Shown here: piece after piece, positions 51,081-64,000 of the stretch
How positions within the stretch are numbered: position 1 is the stretch's first letter
Layout: every line of letters starts with the position of its first letter
The notes under the pieces: generated by a model
What the model was told of the DNA's origin: nothing
What the model saw: only the letters and a program-made list of their open reading frames with translations
Databases searched by the model: none
Translations under genes and position numbers: made by a program
DNA from: Sphyrna mokarran
Lineage: Eukaryota
Direction: 5' to 3'
Assembly (NCBI GenBank): GCA_024679065.1
Contig: JAGIQG010000012.1
Span: 49,600,001-49,664,000 of the forward strand
Length of the DNA stretch: 64,000 bases

Positions 51081-52647
51081 GGGTCCGATTTTACCAAAAA
51101 TTCGCACCCATTTTCGGGCGTGAAATCGCGGTAAATTCGGGCATCGAGCCTTTTATGCGATCTGTACCCGAAACCGAGCAGATCGTGCCTTTACCACCAC
51201 CGGATTTGGGTGCAGATCAGGTCCGCATGCCAATTGGAGCGGCCCGATGATTTAAAAGCGTTAGCATTTAAATTGATTTAATGAACCGCGCGCCCAACTC
51301 TACAGCTAAACCCCATTTTAACCTCTTCAGATCTGTGCTGCTATCCACCTGCAGAATAAAAATCCAAAGCGGATTTCTACTCTGCAGGGGAACATCTGAA
51401 GCCCATTCTTCTCAAACACCCTTTGCAGACTTCCCAGTAACCACCCCTGCCCCACTCCCCCCCACTCCCCAGGAGGCAGGCCCCTCCCAGCACACCACCC
51501 TCCCCTGCAATCCAAACTCCCTGGAAGGCAGCCCACCACTCCTCCAGCAGACCCCAACCCCTGTGATCATACTCTCCATGGGAGGCAGGGCCCCTCAGCA
51601 GAGCACACCTCTCTGCGATCTGAACCCCCCAGGAGGCAAACCACCGCCCCCGCATCCCTGGCCGACCCTCTCCCACAGTTAGACCACCCCCCCCACCCCG
51701 GAGACAGGCTCCCCACCCACAGTAAGAACCCCCCCACCCCACCCCACCTCCCCCCCACCCCGGGAGGCAGCCCCCCACCCCCCCTCATTAGATCACACCC
51801 AATCTACCTTGATTGCTGTTCTCCCTCTGACCTGCACTCATTGATGTGGAGATGTGAGCTGGGATAAACACAGTAAGAAGTCTCACAATACCAGGTTAAA
51901 GTCCTGTTGCAAAGTCCTGTTGGACTTTAACCTGGCATTATGAGACTTTTTACCGCAACTTGATGGACAGCTTGCAGCAACCTTCTGGCCTTCCACTGAT
52001 GTCTGCCGGATGACAGGGGGTGGGCACAGGCTCAGATGGATCTCTGGTTGGGAGGAGGATGGTGGAGGATGGAGAGGAGGATGGACTTGGGAGAATCTCC
52101 ACTAACCACCCTCCAATCAGAGATCCATCTGAGCCCGCTCCCTCCTGGCAGATGCCAGGGAAGGCCAGGAAGATGCTGCAGGATATCCAATGAGTGCAGT
52201 AAGAAGTCTCACAACACCCAGTCCAACAGGACTTTATTGGTGTCGTGAGACTTCTTACTGTGTTTACCCCAGTCCAACACCAGCATCTCCACATCAACAA
52301 GTGCAGGTCAGAAGGATGATAGAAGGATAGTGGCAATCAAGATAGGTTGGAGGTGTGCTCTGCCGAGGGGGTGCCGGCCTCCTGGGGACGGAGGTGGTTC
52401 TGATTGTGAAGGTGGGGGGCTGCCCCTCCTGAGGGGATCTGACCATCGTGGGGGGATCTGCCAGAGGAGTCTGCCTCCCAGGGGGTCAATCACTGCTCAT
52501 TCCACCACCACCACCACCCCCACCCCACTCCCCCGCCCCCCAGCTCTCTCTGTTTTGTCTTTCGCGCCCAGGCACACTGTTTCAGATTTTTTTTGAACTA
52601 CGCATGCTGGATCCAGCACTTAGCCTCCAATTGGTAAAATCTGGCCC
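51081..52647. mobile_element. Non-autonomous PIF/Harbinger-like element (MITE-like)
   Basis: TIRs GGGTCCGATTTTACCAA / TTGGTAAAATCTGGCCC match at 15/17, with 3-bp flanks TTC/TTT. Internal GC-rich GGAGGCAG...CCCC repeats. Confidence 0.75.
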
Positions 52648-52864
52648 TTTCTCACCTGATCCCCATGCAGCAGAAGGCACTATGTTTCAAAGCTAACATT
52701 CCGCGTGCAATCTTTGTGAGGGAGGATTTAATTGAACTGGTTGGGTGTGTGAATATCACAACCAAAAACTTTGGAGTTCCAGGTAGAGGAGATCTTATTC
52801 TTCAGAAATGTTCTGTCAGTGGCACCAATATATTCAGCTGTATTCAGAAGTGTCACAACCCAAT

Positions 52865-53072
52865 AAGCACGTCTCCCCGTGGTTCAGTGAGGACGAGCTG
52901 CACCATCTCCTCCAAATTGTTCGGGAATGCAGAGAGATTCTGTTTCCGGTTATTGGCCACAAAAGACCATCACAAATAGTTAAGGTGGCCTGGGCAGAGG
53001 TCACTGCCAAGGTGAGCGATGTGATCTGAGGGAGTGAACCCAATGTCGAAAAATAACCTCGGTAATGCAAAG
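52865..53072 (+). pseudogene. Harbinger Myb/SANT-like DNA-binding protein remnant
   Basis: SPWFSEDELHHLLQIVRECREILFP...VKVAWAEVTAKVS, followed by a stop. Confidence 0.75.
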
Positions 53073-53399
53073 GTGAGCTTGAGTTTCGTACTGTGAACGT
53101 GGATGAAAGTGGGTGGGAAAAGTAGGGACACTGAATGGTTAAAGTATAGGGTGGTCATTGAACCTTACAGTGGCGTTCTTAGATGTGACATTTTACACCA
53201 TACATGATAAGTGGGTAAAACTGTCAATGTTATATCATATCATGTGACCATATGGTTGGAGATAGGTCAGTACGAGATAGTCCATTAACTTGATGACATG
53301 GACAGGGACATTGGCAGCAACCTGTGGATGTAGATCACTTCCACTTGCCTGTCCTCTTTATCCAGTGACACTTCTGCCTCCTCTTCTTCCTCTGGGCAG

Positions 53400-54000
53400 C
53401 TGTTATCACCACTCTGCATAGCCATGTTATGCAGTGAACAGCACACAGCGACTGTCTATTATACTTTTACTGGTATAAAAGTATATATATAGCAGAGCTC
53501 CCCTAGAAAGACTGAGGTAGGTGAATTGCATCTTCAGCCTGATGGTTTGCTCTATGATCTCTTGTAGTATTACTGGCAGTAAACCTCTTTTCTCCATCAC
53601 TCCGAGAGTTTCTGATGGGGTCATCAGCTTTTGTCACCTAAGACACCTTCCCTGCTCTGTGACCTTGATGCTTGTTAGTGATGAAGCACATGTCTGTTGC
53701 TGCAATTTGCTTCTATAGGTCATAGATTAACTGCATATAGACTGAATAGAGTCCTTTTCCTGTTAATAAACATGCTGGCTGCTCAAATAGTGCGTTGATT
53801 CTCACATGGTGCAGTCCACATTATGACTGGCAATAGCTGCCCTCATTCATCCAGAATCTGAGACATTCTCCAGCCATTTTGGACAGTGAACTTATACAGT
53901 GGTGAGTGGCTGCTTGGGAAATACTGTCATCTGTAGCCACCTAAGAGAAACTGGCCGAGTTGAAGTTAAAAGATGCAGTAACTTACAATGCCACTGCCAT
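53400..54000 (-). pseudogene. Harbinger (HARBI1-like DDE) transposase remnant
   Basis: IIEQTIRLKMQF...RGALLY and AVCCSLHN motifs, frameshifted. Confidence 0.7.
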
Positions 54001-55733
54001 AGGGTGTCTACTGTATCCCCCATGGCAGATCACCCTTCCTTAGAGAGAATAGTTCTTCCTGGAAAGGCACTATCCAAGGAGGTATTGTCTCTCCAACATT
54101 TATAGAGATGGCACCTGATTCTTCAAACTACCTTGCTCTCTGTCACCCTGCCTTTAGATTCCTTGCTGCTGGGCTGCCTGTACTGGGTTATTGAAGGCAC
54201 AGAAAACTCATATCACTTTCATTTAATGGGGGGAACCTGGGCTGAATCACAAGAAATTACATTTAAATTACATACAACTGGTTAATTTTGAATAAATATG
54301 AGGGCCAGAATTCTTAGAAAGATATCAGCAGGAGAGCTGTATTGGGACTTGTGACCAGCATCCAGCCCATTACGAGTCTTCCAGGTAATGTTTTCATGCC
54401 TGAAAATCAGTGCAGGGCTGATCACCATATTGATATTGCTATTTCCATTTGATTAGCGCATCCAGGACGGTATTCTCTGGGCCTGTTAGTGTCTCCCCCC
54501 TTCCCTACATCCACTAATGGGAGATGTTCCCACCATGGGAATTACAACTGATCCTTATCAACAAGGACCAGGCATGCACACCCCAGTGGTGGAGGACAGA
54601 GGCCATTGAGCCCCCCAACCTCCCCACCCCCCGATCCCCACCAACATTAGGCAGTCTCAGGGGTCCGGGCCAGAGGGTGGGGGGAGTTGAACTCACTGCG
54701 CACTCTGCAATGGGATTTGAAGGGTGTTGGAAGGGAGGAGGCGATTGGGGCCACGCGTAATGGGAGGGATTGGCTCTGTATATAGTGGCAGGTGTGTTCG
54801 TGGTTGCACTGATGATTAGGGGGGAGTAATGGGGGCTGGGGTAGGTCAATGATTGGGAGAGGAGGTGTTTGGGGGTTTGCGAAGCTGGCGAAAGAGAGAG
54901 CCAGTGCACATGAGCTAATCTCCCCGTTGGCAGATCGCCGCATGCGTACTGTTCTGCTCAGTGTGTTGATGTAGGCCTCTCCAGCAGAATGAGGTCTCCC
55001 CTCTCTCGCTATTTATAGGCCCCTGGGGCACCCTGTGATGTGCAGAGTGCCGGAGATTCATTCCACCAAGTGCACCCAAATAATGGGAGAGAAATTCTTC
55101 CATTTTCCCACCTGTTGGGCACTGAGCCTTTTTTTTGGGAGAATCCTGGTCAAGGTTCCCAGCACTAATGGGTGATTTTCCCACTTGCTTATCTTCCAGC
55201 CACTGTCACAATGGAGAGCAGTTTTCCCATTGCAGGGTTCCGGCACACGAGATCTGGTGTGATTCTCCAACAGGATCATCTTGCCTGTTCCGCCTCATTC
55301 AATAAATCCATTTGTCGGATCTGGAAGCATTTGTTATTTCCATTTCGGGCAGTGACTGCAACTGACCTGCAGGCTGGAATTTTCCTATCCCGCCCACCAT
55401 GGGAATCATAGCAGGTGATTCACGGACCATGCAAAGGCCTATTGATCCCTGGTGGGATTTTCCGATATTGGGGCAAGCGCAGCCAGAAAGTCCCACTCAT
55501 GGTTTCACTCTGCCTTGTCAACTAAGGTTGGCCAGCATGCAACACAACTGAGCAAAGGCTCAGCACTACCGCCAGGGAGAGGTGCTTGACAGGTACTGGA
55601 TCCAATAGGGACTCAGAGGTGTTTTAAATAGAGCAGGAAAGTTTCCTGATAGCTGCCAGGACTTGTTGAGGCATCTCAGAGAACTGTCCAGAATCATCAC
55701 TTTGGCAACAGTTATGACCTCAATGCCCATTGG

Positions 55734-55935
55734 GTGCACCATCCAGGAGGGCAATGTCACTGGGCACTCGGTGTCCCCCGTTTCTTTGCAAAGGAGTGCC
55801 TGGTAGAGGCGGTGAGTGCCACATGGGCATTTTGCCCTGCAGGATGGCAAAAGAAGGCCACCCCACCAAAAAAAGAAGGCTTGGACAGAGGTGGCAGTGA
55901 AACCCGGCCAAAGTATTAAAGAAGGTTCAATGGTC
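55734..55935 (+). pseudogene. Second Harbinger Myb/SANT-like protein remnant
   Basis: VPRFFAKECLVEAV and DGKRRPPHQKKKAWTEVA lie in adjacent frames. Confidence 0.7.
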
Positions 55936-57729
55936 TTCTGTGTCGACAAGGTTGTGTGCCGAGCAGGCGCTGTCCAGTGCAGAGAAGTCCTGAAGGATGG
56001 CCATCCTTACCAGTGCTCGGGGTATGGAACCAAAGGCACAAATGCCTTTGAGTGTTAAGGCTGCAGGATGAGATTGGAAGCCTTAGGTGGGAACATCTGA
56101 GGGTCAGACGTGCAAAGATGATAGGAATTTCAACATGGTTATCAGGAAGTGGGAAAGGGTTGTGAGCATGGGATAGTCTAACAGATGGAGCCAGGAGTCA
56201 TGAATGGACCCTTGTACTTAAAGAAGGAGAGAAGCCGTAATGCCGCTGAGTGCACAGGAACTGGAGTGGGTTGGCCAACCCACTCATCCTGAACAAATAC
56301 GAAATGGACGCACTGGAACTTGAGTGTGAGCATGTACCAAAGTCATCGAGTGATGCAGAGGCAGGCATTTTGGAGGAAGGTAAGAGCCACTGGACATAAG
56401 TGGGACAGGCAGAGACTGCAAACAATTCAGCGTAGCTCACCTCACATAAGACCTTCTAAATAAGAGTCTCCAGTCATTCAGTAATCACGAAGCCACTATG
56501 ATACCAGAGTATCAGTTTCACCCATCTGCCTAACATGAGCATTGACCATATGATGAGTGATAATGGTGGCCAATTGTTATCCTCCTTCAGAGCCAGCTGG
56601 GACCCCAGGATCTTACATTAACAACTGACACTGACAGATCTACCCTCCTTACAACCAAGTACCAGTGCAGATACAAGCACATCAGTGGGCTTTAGGTTAT
56701 CAGCTCAGATAGGAGTGCACTGTAAGATGGGTGCAACACACTCATATGGAACTGGCAGAGACACAAGGAGCCAGCTGTTGGAGGACTGCTGGAAACCAAG
56801 ACAAGGCCATATCTGGGATGGATGATCAACCTCTGGAGTCATCCATCAGATGACAAATGCTGGATATCCAGTGGGATGTGTAGGAAGATCTGATAGGGAT
56901 TCCTTAAGTTTTTGTGTACCATGGTTTCTGTCATAGAGGACTCCATGCTCTGCGAAGATCCTGAGCACCAATGACAGAGTGGTAACTCTCATGATGAGGC
57001 AGTTCCAGGAGCAGAATCAGGGGATCCTGGGGTTGAATTCAGAGCCATAACTCTTCACACAGGCAATGAGTTCAGGAGGTCATTGCCAGTGAGAGATGGA
57101 TGAGATGCCCAATCTCTCTGTTAGGTGCCTGTCCTCACACTGGTGAGCGGGCTGCCAGTCGTCTTCATGGGCTCCTCTCATGGCCCTCTGGAAGAGGGTG
57201 GCAGCTCCTCCACCCCTCTGCCAGTCATTGTGCCATCGTCTGAGGCAACCATGACTGAGGAGTGCCCAGCAATGTCACTGGGCACTGGCCTGCTTAGGCT
57301 CCACTAGCCAGAGGACAACTGCCAAGTCATCTGGGCCAACACAACAGTGTAGTCATTTACCTACCTCCTTGGTGAGGAGGGGCACCAAGATACAGCACCA
57401 GCAAGCTGCAAGTGAGCACAGGATGGAACTTTCACTGCTGACATTCATTCATTTCCTCAATGTAATGGATTGTTTTTGTGTACTGTGGAAACCATTTTAT
57501 GTTATGTTCCTTGCCTGCATCTCTGGAAAAAATATAAATCAAGATTTTGTTTCAATGCCCTGAGTGTCTTGCATGTTCCTTGCAGGCCTCATATTTCTTT
57601 ATAATTGACAGCAGGGGCAGGAAACTTTACTGCAGAAGTTGCAAGATGACACTAAGGTCATTGCATTGTATCGTCAGAAATGTGTATTGACAGAAGCGGC
57701 ACCTTTGAACTGAGATAGAAGCCAAGTCT

Positions 57730-58625
57730 TGGCAGCCTAGCTGAAGGAGAACTGAATCAAGGCCTCTCTGCTGTCCCTGCCTCCTCAAAGGTCTATCACA
57801 TCTGGCTTCTCATCCTCACCCTGTGCCTGCCCACGTTCCTCAACAGATCCATCTGGAGAGAGTTCCTCTAAGTATGTGCAGCTACTTCGATATCTTCATC
57901 CTCAAGTGGGTCCCTTCCTGCCACTGCTAAGTTATGCAGAGCAAAGTATATCATGACAATAAGTGACACATGTTCCGAAGGATCTTGCAAGGACTCCCCG
58001 AAACATTCCAGGCAATGGAATCTCAACTTCAGTAGCCTAATTATCCTCTCAATCACTGCCCTTGTGGAAGCATGACTGCAGTTGTATCTCTCTCCTGCCT
58101 CTGCCGCAGCATGCTGTAGCAGCTTCATGATCCACCTTTACAAAGGATACCCTTTGTAATCCAGCAACCACCCATCTAGCTAGGTTGGAGCCTCAAACAA
58201 TTTTGGCACCTGGGAGTGCGCATTAATCATTGCACTGCCTGGGTACCTTGCACAGACTTGCAGAATCTTATTGTGTGGTTGCACAACATTTGTATGTTCA
58301 TAGAGTAGTAACATTTCCTATCCACAAAGTACCCGGCTGACTGCAGGTACCATGCTGGTCACATGGGTGCAGTCTGAGACATCCTGGATGTAGGGGAATT
58401 CTGTGATGGCTGCGATACCTCTGGCTCACTCTGGCTGGCTTATTCCACCTGGTAATGAATGAATGTGAAGACCATCTGAATGGGTTGTCAGTTTGACACA
58501 GCCATGGATAGCTGATGCGACACCCCATTCAGATCCACCACTGAGCCCTGGAATGACCCAGATGCATAAAGATTGAGGGCTACTGGCAGAGTGACTGGCA
58601 TTGGATGCCCACCCACACAGTTGGA
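57730..58625 (-). pseudogene. Second Harbinger transposase remnant
   Basis: VALNLYASGSFQGSVVDLNGVS (HTH region) and ERYNCSHASTRAVIERIIRLLKLRFHCL...ALHNLA (DDE C-terminus). Multiple frameshifts. Confidence 0.85.
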
Positions 58626-59827
58626 GGCGATCTCTATCCCAATCATGCGGCACAATGAGGTCATGGTATCCGGAGAGAGGCACAGGCTTCTGGATGTTAG
58701 ACATATTGAGGTAGCTGGATCACTGATTCCCACACACACCTCCAATTCCCACACTTGCCCACCGATTGAAATATTGTGCGAGTGTTGTACTTCCCATCCA
58801 AAGTCTTTTCACATGATTTTACAATCTTCCACACTCACGCCCAAAAATAAAATTCCGTTAAACATGTTGACTGCAGGATTGGGTAAGTGCTCTTTTGGGT
58901 CAGTAATGTATTGCCCCCAGAATAAAGTTTTAGGATAGCATTGTGCACGTATGGTTTTCATAATGTTCTGAGTTCATGTATCCTGTAAATTCTCCATTAA
59001 ACTCTCAATCACTCCTGGATTCAAATGATTTTTATCACCTTTTCCCTTCATTTTCTCTCTTGAAGATGCTGGCTTTTTACATTAACCCTGGCTGCAATGC
59101 ATCTTCTAACCATTTCTATGCAAATTATGCATCGAAAACCTCATAAAATGTTAGTGACAGTGGTGTCTGGGTGTCAATCTTTGCTACTTGTGGGTGTATA
59201 GGGCAATGTATGCTGGCTGGTTGAGAAAACATTGCATTTGCTGCCCTCACCCCACTAACGTTTTCATCCAGCTATTTTGCATATATTGGCAGAGCTTGAT
59301 ATTCTATTCCTTTGGAATTAAAATCACCCAAATACTTGAGTCCTCTGTTTTATAATTAGGGTGTTGAGTGGGCAGAAGGGCAAACAGAATAGCAGCATAC
59401 GCCCCTTTAAACACTTGACTCTCATGTTGCATTTTATCTGATCTCTGTATCTGACTGCAGCTTATAATCTTCATTATATCAAGCCACAGAAAATCTTTGC
59501 AATGTCTGCAATCATTTGAAATCCACACTTGCAATTGCCACAAGGTCCCATCTTCCTGCAACAAATGCTGTTGCTGCTAACACTTAATTCAATCTTTTGT
59601 CCAAATTTGTTTGATTAATAAATGAATTCATATTAAGCATATTTTGCCCATTTACTTTGTTGAATCCTTTGTGTTGAGTAAACATCTCTTATAAATGAGG
59701 TTGATGTGCCTTCGTCCACACCATTGCTAATTGTCAGCCAGTGAGAGGAGAATCACTCCAGTCTGTTCCCATTCCGAGTTATACATTCTCATTCACAGAG
59801 AGTACATTCTATGGGTACACTCACATT

Positions 59828-60331
59828 GTAAGAAATCTCACAACACCAGGTTAAAGTCCAGCAGGTTTATTTGGTGGCAAACGCCACTAGCTTTCTAGGG
59901 TTTTGACTCGCATTCTAATCAGTATGCTGTAAACTGAGTGTGTTCCTTTATATGTTCTGTTTGTGATCAGAACTTCCCATTCACTTGACGAAGGGGCAAA
60001 GTCCTGAAAGCTAGTGGTGTTTAGAACATAGAACATAGAACATTACAGTGCAGAACAGGCCCTTCGGCCTTTGATGTTGCGCCGACCAATTATGAAAAAA
60101 AAAAGCAATGACCCTCCAAACTAAGCCATTCCCTTCTCTTCCATAAACTTATCAACTAACCTCTTAAATGCCACCAAACTTGGCGCATCTCCAACTGCCG
60201 CAGGCAGGGCATTCCACTCCCTAACCACCCTCTGGGTTTGTTACAAATAAACCTGTTGGACTTTACCCTCATGCTGTGAGACTTCTTACTGTGTTTACCC
60301 GAGTCCAACGCCGGCATCTCCACATCATGAC
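59828..60331 (+). mobile_element. Penelope-like fold-back element with 12-bp TSD, interrupted by a CR1 3' end (60023-60235, minus)
   Basis: TACACTCACATT occurs at 59816-59827 and 60332-60343. Inverted arms are present, with a degenerate hammerhead TTGACGA-AGGGGC-AAA-GTCCT-GAAAGCTA at ~59985-60013. The nested CR1 has an (AGAACAT)n tail. Confidence 0.85.
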
Positions 60332-63300
60332 TACACTCACATTCGCAGAGACTGCGTTCTTTGGGCATAGAGTTTAAAGCCTCCACCAAAGTGGATTTAG
60401 TGGCAGGGAAGGCACTTAATCAGGTGGGACGCTAGCAAACGGGCACCCTGCCACCATCCCTCATCTGCCCCAATTAAATCTGGAACAGAAAGGCTCATTT
60501 TTGGCCTTCCTGCCCCAATGCTAATTGAAGTCCTTGTGGGCAATTAATGTTCATTTAACAGCTTCATCCTATTGCCGTTGGCTTCCAACCAGTGGCAGGT
60601 GGGGTACTATCCACATGGAAGCCTGGTCAGATTCATTTGCTGGTCACCCAGTGATGAATGGGATCTGGGTTTCAGTACTCAAAGGCCCCCTTGGTGTGAT
60701 CGAGGGTCCCGGCACCAGGAAGAGAGACTTGCCAAGAGCCAGTCTCCACAGCTCTTTCACTAAACCCCTTTGTCCCTTGTGACTGCGCCGCACCCTGCAC
60801 TTCCCATTTCACCCTCATTTAATTGTGGTCTGAGTCCCTTTGTAACCCTGTGCCTCTGGTGGATCCACTGCTAGCAGGTATGACCACTGCTGCCAGCGAT
60901 GCCTAAATGTACATCTTCCAACTTCTAATTGGCCAATGTTTCTCAGGGGGTAGGATTTCTTCCCTCAAGATCCTTGATCCTGGCGTAAAGTCTGCCAGTA
61001 TCCACTTCAATACCTTAATTCCACTGGCCTTAGCAGGAGGAGCTGATGAGCGACTCTTGCCAGCTCTGCAGCCAGCAGGCAAAACTCTCGACTGCCTGCA
61101 TTAACTATCTTGCATCTCTGTTACTAGGAATGCCACATTGCTGATCTTTGCAAGGGATTCACTGGAACCCACAGAAGCCACTTTCCTCGAAGTCAGCATG
61201 AACCTTTCAATGTGCAACTGTAGTCCATTTTAAAATTCTTAGCAGAAAATTAAACCCAGTCTGGAAGTTTGAAAATGGGCTCAGCTTTTCACTTCTACAG
61301 GAGATGAGAAGAGAATAAGGCACTATTTGATCCCCAAAAACTGAGCAATGGTGCTCTATGCCAGTCCAACAATCAGGCCCGATTTGGGAACTCTTACTGG
61401 TGCCCCAGCTTTGGGAATCAGGCCCAATCAGGTCCAATTTGGGAATGTTCCTTGATGCCCAATTTTTCTCTCATCCGTTCTGTCAAGACCAATTCTGCTC
61501 ACATTCACACTGGGTCTACATAGAACAGAAATATATATGTGCAGTATGACATAGCAGAACATATCATAGATAAACAAGTATGTGAGCAGTGCTGGGAGTT
61601 AATTATATTTCTAATGGTACTGCATCTATTTTTGCGCAACTGTTTAAACAAACTTATATGTTAGAATTAAACAGACGTGACAGCACCAGCATACTTTTGT
61701 TTAGACATTGAGCTCACAGGGTGTAAACATAGCACATCAATAAAGATACCAAATCTTCAATCCGTTTTTCTCTTTTCTGATTCAGCCAGCATTAGCTGCT
61801 GAGGTCGGCCTTTATATAATTACTCACCTCAGTCTTTACAGATTATTGACTTATTTTTCTCTGAGTTATTTACTTTCTGTTGGCAATACTCCAGACAAAG
61901 TGTTTAAGCAGTATTTATTTTAAGATAGCATCATTAAAATTCCAGCAAAAGTGCAGTGCAAGCTTAAAACAAGCCAGAGTTCAAATCTAGTGTATATGCC
62001 GGTGTATTTAGAATTATTACCAACAGACTAATCAAGTTATCAACAAGTCTAATTATGCAGCAGGATTCATCTCAAGGGCATTTTATTAAAAGTTCAAACA
62101 AGTTATTTTAACCGTGGGGCCACGGTTGATATATTAGCTGTAATTTCATCATCCTGCACTCCCAGGGGGAATAGAGCTACAACATTGTGGCTTGATTTTC
62201 TGACCCATGACCATATCCAGTTTTGAGCGCCTGCTTCGAAGAGAACATTGATGTATTACAACAGGACTAGGGAAGGGAGACCTCAGCCCCAAAACTTTTG
62301 GCAATGCATAGGATTGTTAAAGTAACATGTGGGTAGGAGCAGTGGAACAGGATTATACCATTTCGTTCATCATTGAAAATGTTGACTGAAATGGGGACAG
62401 GTATATTGTATTAGCTTTTCCTGTCAATTTATGTCCTGGGGACAGTATCAATGTCAATTTCCAATGCAAAATGTGAACAAATTGGAAGTGTAAGTGCTTG
62501 CCCTGACCTCATGCAATGTCTGAATTTCTAAGCTAGCACCAAACTTTTGACTGTTTATTAACACCCTCAGCCAAAAGAATATAGAGCATCAAAACCCTGT
62601 ATTTCACACAGGGTCAGCATTCGCAATCAATGTCCAAACTTCCTTGGGTTACACAATCTTTCCAGGGAAATTGACAAATGCAATCCCAATCCTGGAACTC
62701 ACACAGTTCCATTTTCTCCTGGCGGTTTCTAAGATTGATAGCAGCTTTCAGTAGAAAAAAAATCCATCAGTGCAATCTACACACTTATAGCATTAATAAC
62801 AATAATATTTTCTAATTTCAACATCGAATGCAATTAATATTCTGATTAAGGGATATGACAGAATTCCCAAATGACTTTTTTCTTACTCTAAACGGTTCAA
62901 CAATCCCTTCTTAATCAAAACATAATTAGAGGCGTCAAGTCATGTACACAGCTCAGAGTGAAAACAGTCCTAATGTCAGTCCTTGTAAAATTGTTAATTT
63001 GTAAACATGCTTAAATTATTTACTCCAATTAGTGCTGAAATCTGGATGTCTTTTAGTCAATTAAATAATTTATCTTCAAGAAAGAAAAAGTTGATTATAA
63101 TCTTTCACATTTTATATCCAAATACTTGTTCTTGGAAAACTATGGCTGGGATTTGACCAGGCCCAGGGAGACAGGTTGAAAGGGGGGAATTGGCCAGGAA
63201 AGTGCCTCCGTCACAGTCATTCTTTCAGAGAATTTTTCCAGTGACTGGAGACAGACGGGCTGGTGGGGAATTTGATTAATTAAAGGCATTTTAAGGAACA

Positions 63301-63514
63301 ATTTCCCAGGCTGCTGACATCTTGCAAGAGACATTGCATCCCCTCCACATGTAAAAAGTTATCAGCTCCATGGAGATGTCGAAAGCATATCCCTTAGCAT
63401 CACTGCCACCACTGAAGGCATTTTCCCTCCCATTGGTAGGGCCCCGGCAAAATAAAAAACTTCTTGCCCCACCGATAAAGGTGCCTCAAAATGGAGGCAT
63501 GCGTATGTTTCATA

Positions 63515-64000
63515 GGATATAGGAAAACCATAGAAATGATACGGCAGAAAGGGGGAGGGCTATTCGGTCTTGTCCATGCCAACCCACAGACATCCACATG
63601 TCCTTTCTAATCCCATGTTCCTGTTCCCGACCCACAGAAATGTATTAAAAGCGTTAACGGTCTCTGCATCCATCACCAACTCAGACAGCAAATTCCAGAC
63701 ATCCAATATCCTCTGGATTAAAACATTTTTCCTCATGTCCCCTCTAATCATTCTGCCACTTAGCTTGAATTGATGACACCTGCTTTTTGAGTTCTCTGCA
63801 CAGGAAACAGGTTCTCCTGTCTACTCTATCTCTGCCCCTCACAACTTTGTACACCTCAAACCCCCTCAGCTTTCTGTGTTCCAAGGAAAATAACCCCAAC
63901 CTCTGTTTATAGCTACAATTCTCCAGCCCAAGCAACATCCTAGTAAATCTTCTCTGTACTCTCTCCAAAGCAATTACATCTCTTGAGTTGCACACAATAC
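63515..64000 (-). mobile_element. CR1 LINE 3' portion
   Basis: ORFs DVIALERVQRRFTRMLLGLENCSY and QRILDVWNLL are CR1 RT C-terminal motifs. Confidence 0.85.

Noticed and set aside
51460-51790. Regularly spaced GGAGGCAG motifs as a CRISPR-like array, and the overlapping Pro/Gly-rich ORFs
   Set aside because: Degenerate GC-rich minisatellite inside a eukaryotic MITE, with homologous spacers and no cas genes.
57730-58625. Domesticated HARBI1 gene
   Set aside because: Frameshifts and stops; transposon context.
62110-62127. 8-bp inverted repeat AACCGTGG-GG-CCACGGTT
   Set aside because: Short enough to occur by chance in 64 kb; no supporting context.

Overview
This is vertebrate genomic DNA, most likely from a shark or other elasmobranch; that assignment is an inference from HE1/V-SINE-like, DeuSINE-like and CR1 repeats. 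The only intact gene is DUSP10 (MKP-5) on the + strand. It has a CCAAT/GC-box promoter at about 700-950 and three coding exons (1650-2586, 31525-31893, 38640-38905; 523 aa) joined by canonical phase-1 GT-AG introns, followed by a ~1 kb 3'UTR. The rest is intron or downstream intergenic DNA full of decayed CR1/L2/Rex LINEs, SINEs, a probable DIRS remnant and nested PIF/Harbinger elements. Three observations stand out. (1) An apparent U2-snRNA-headed, hairpin-rich SINE family has two diverged copies (18310-18615 and ~10340-10568). (2) Several short Penelope-like fold-back insertions have 10-14 bp TSDs and minimal hammerhead ribozyme motifs, one apparently intact at 50877-50910 (-). (3) A ~250 bp inverted copy of local unique DNA is inserted into a SINE (48421-48683 vs 50146-50390). 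Repeat family names were assigned by eye and repeat boundaries are approximate; no database search was run.
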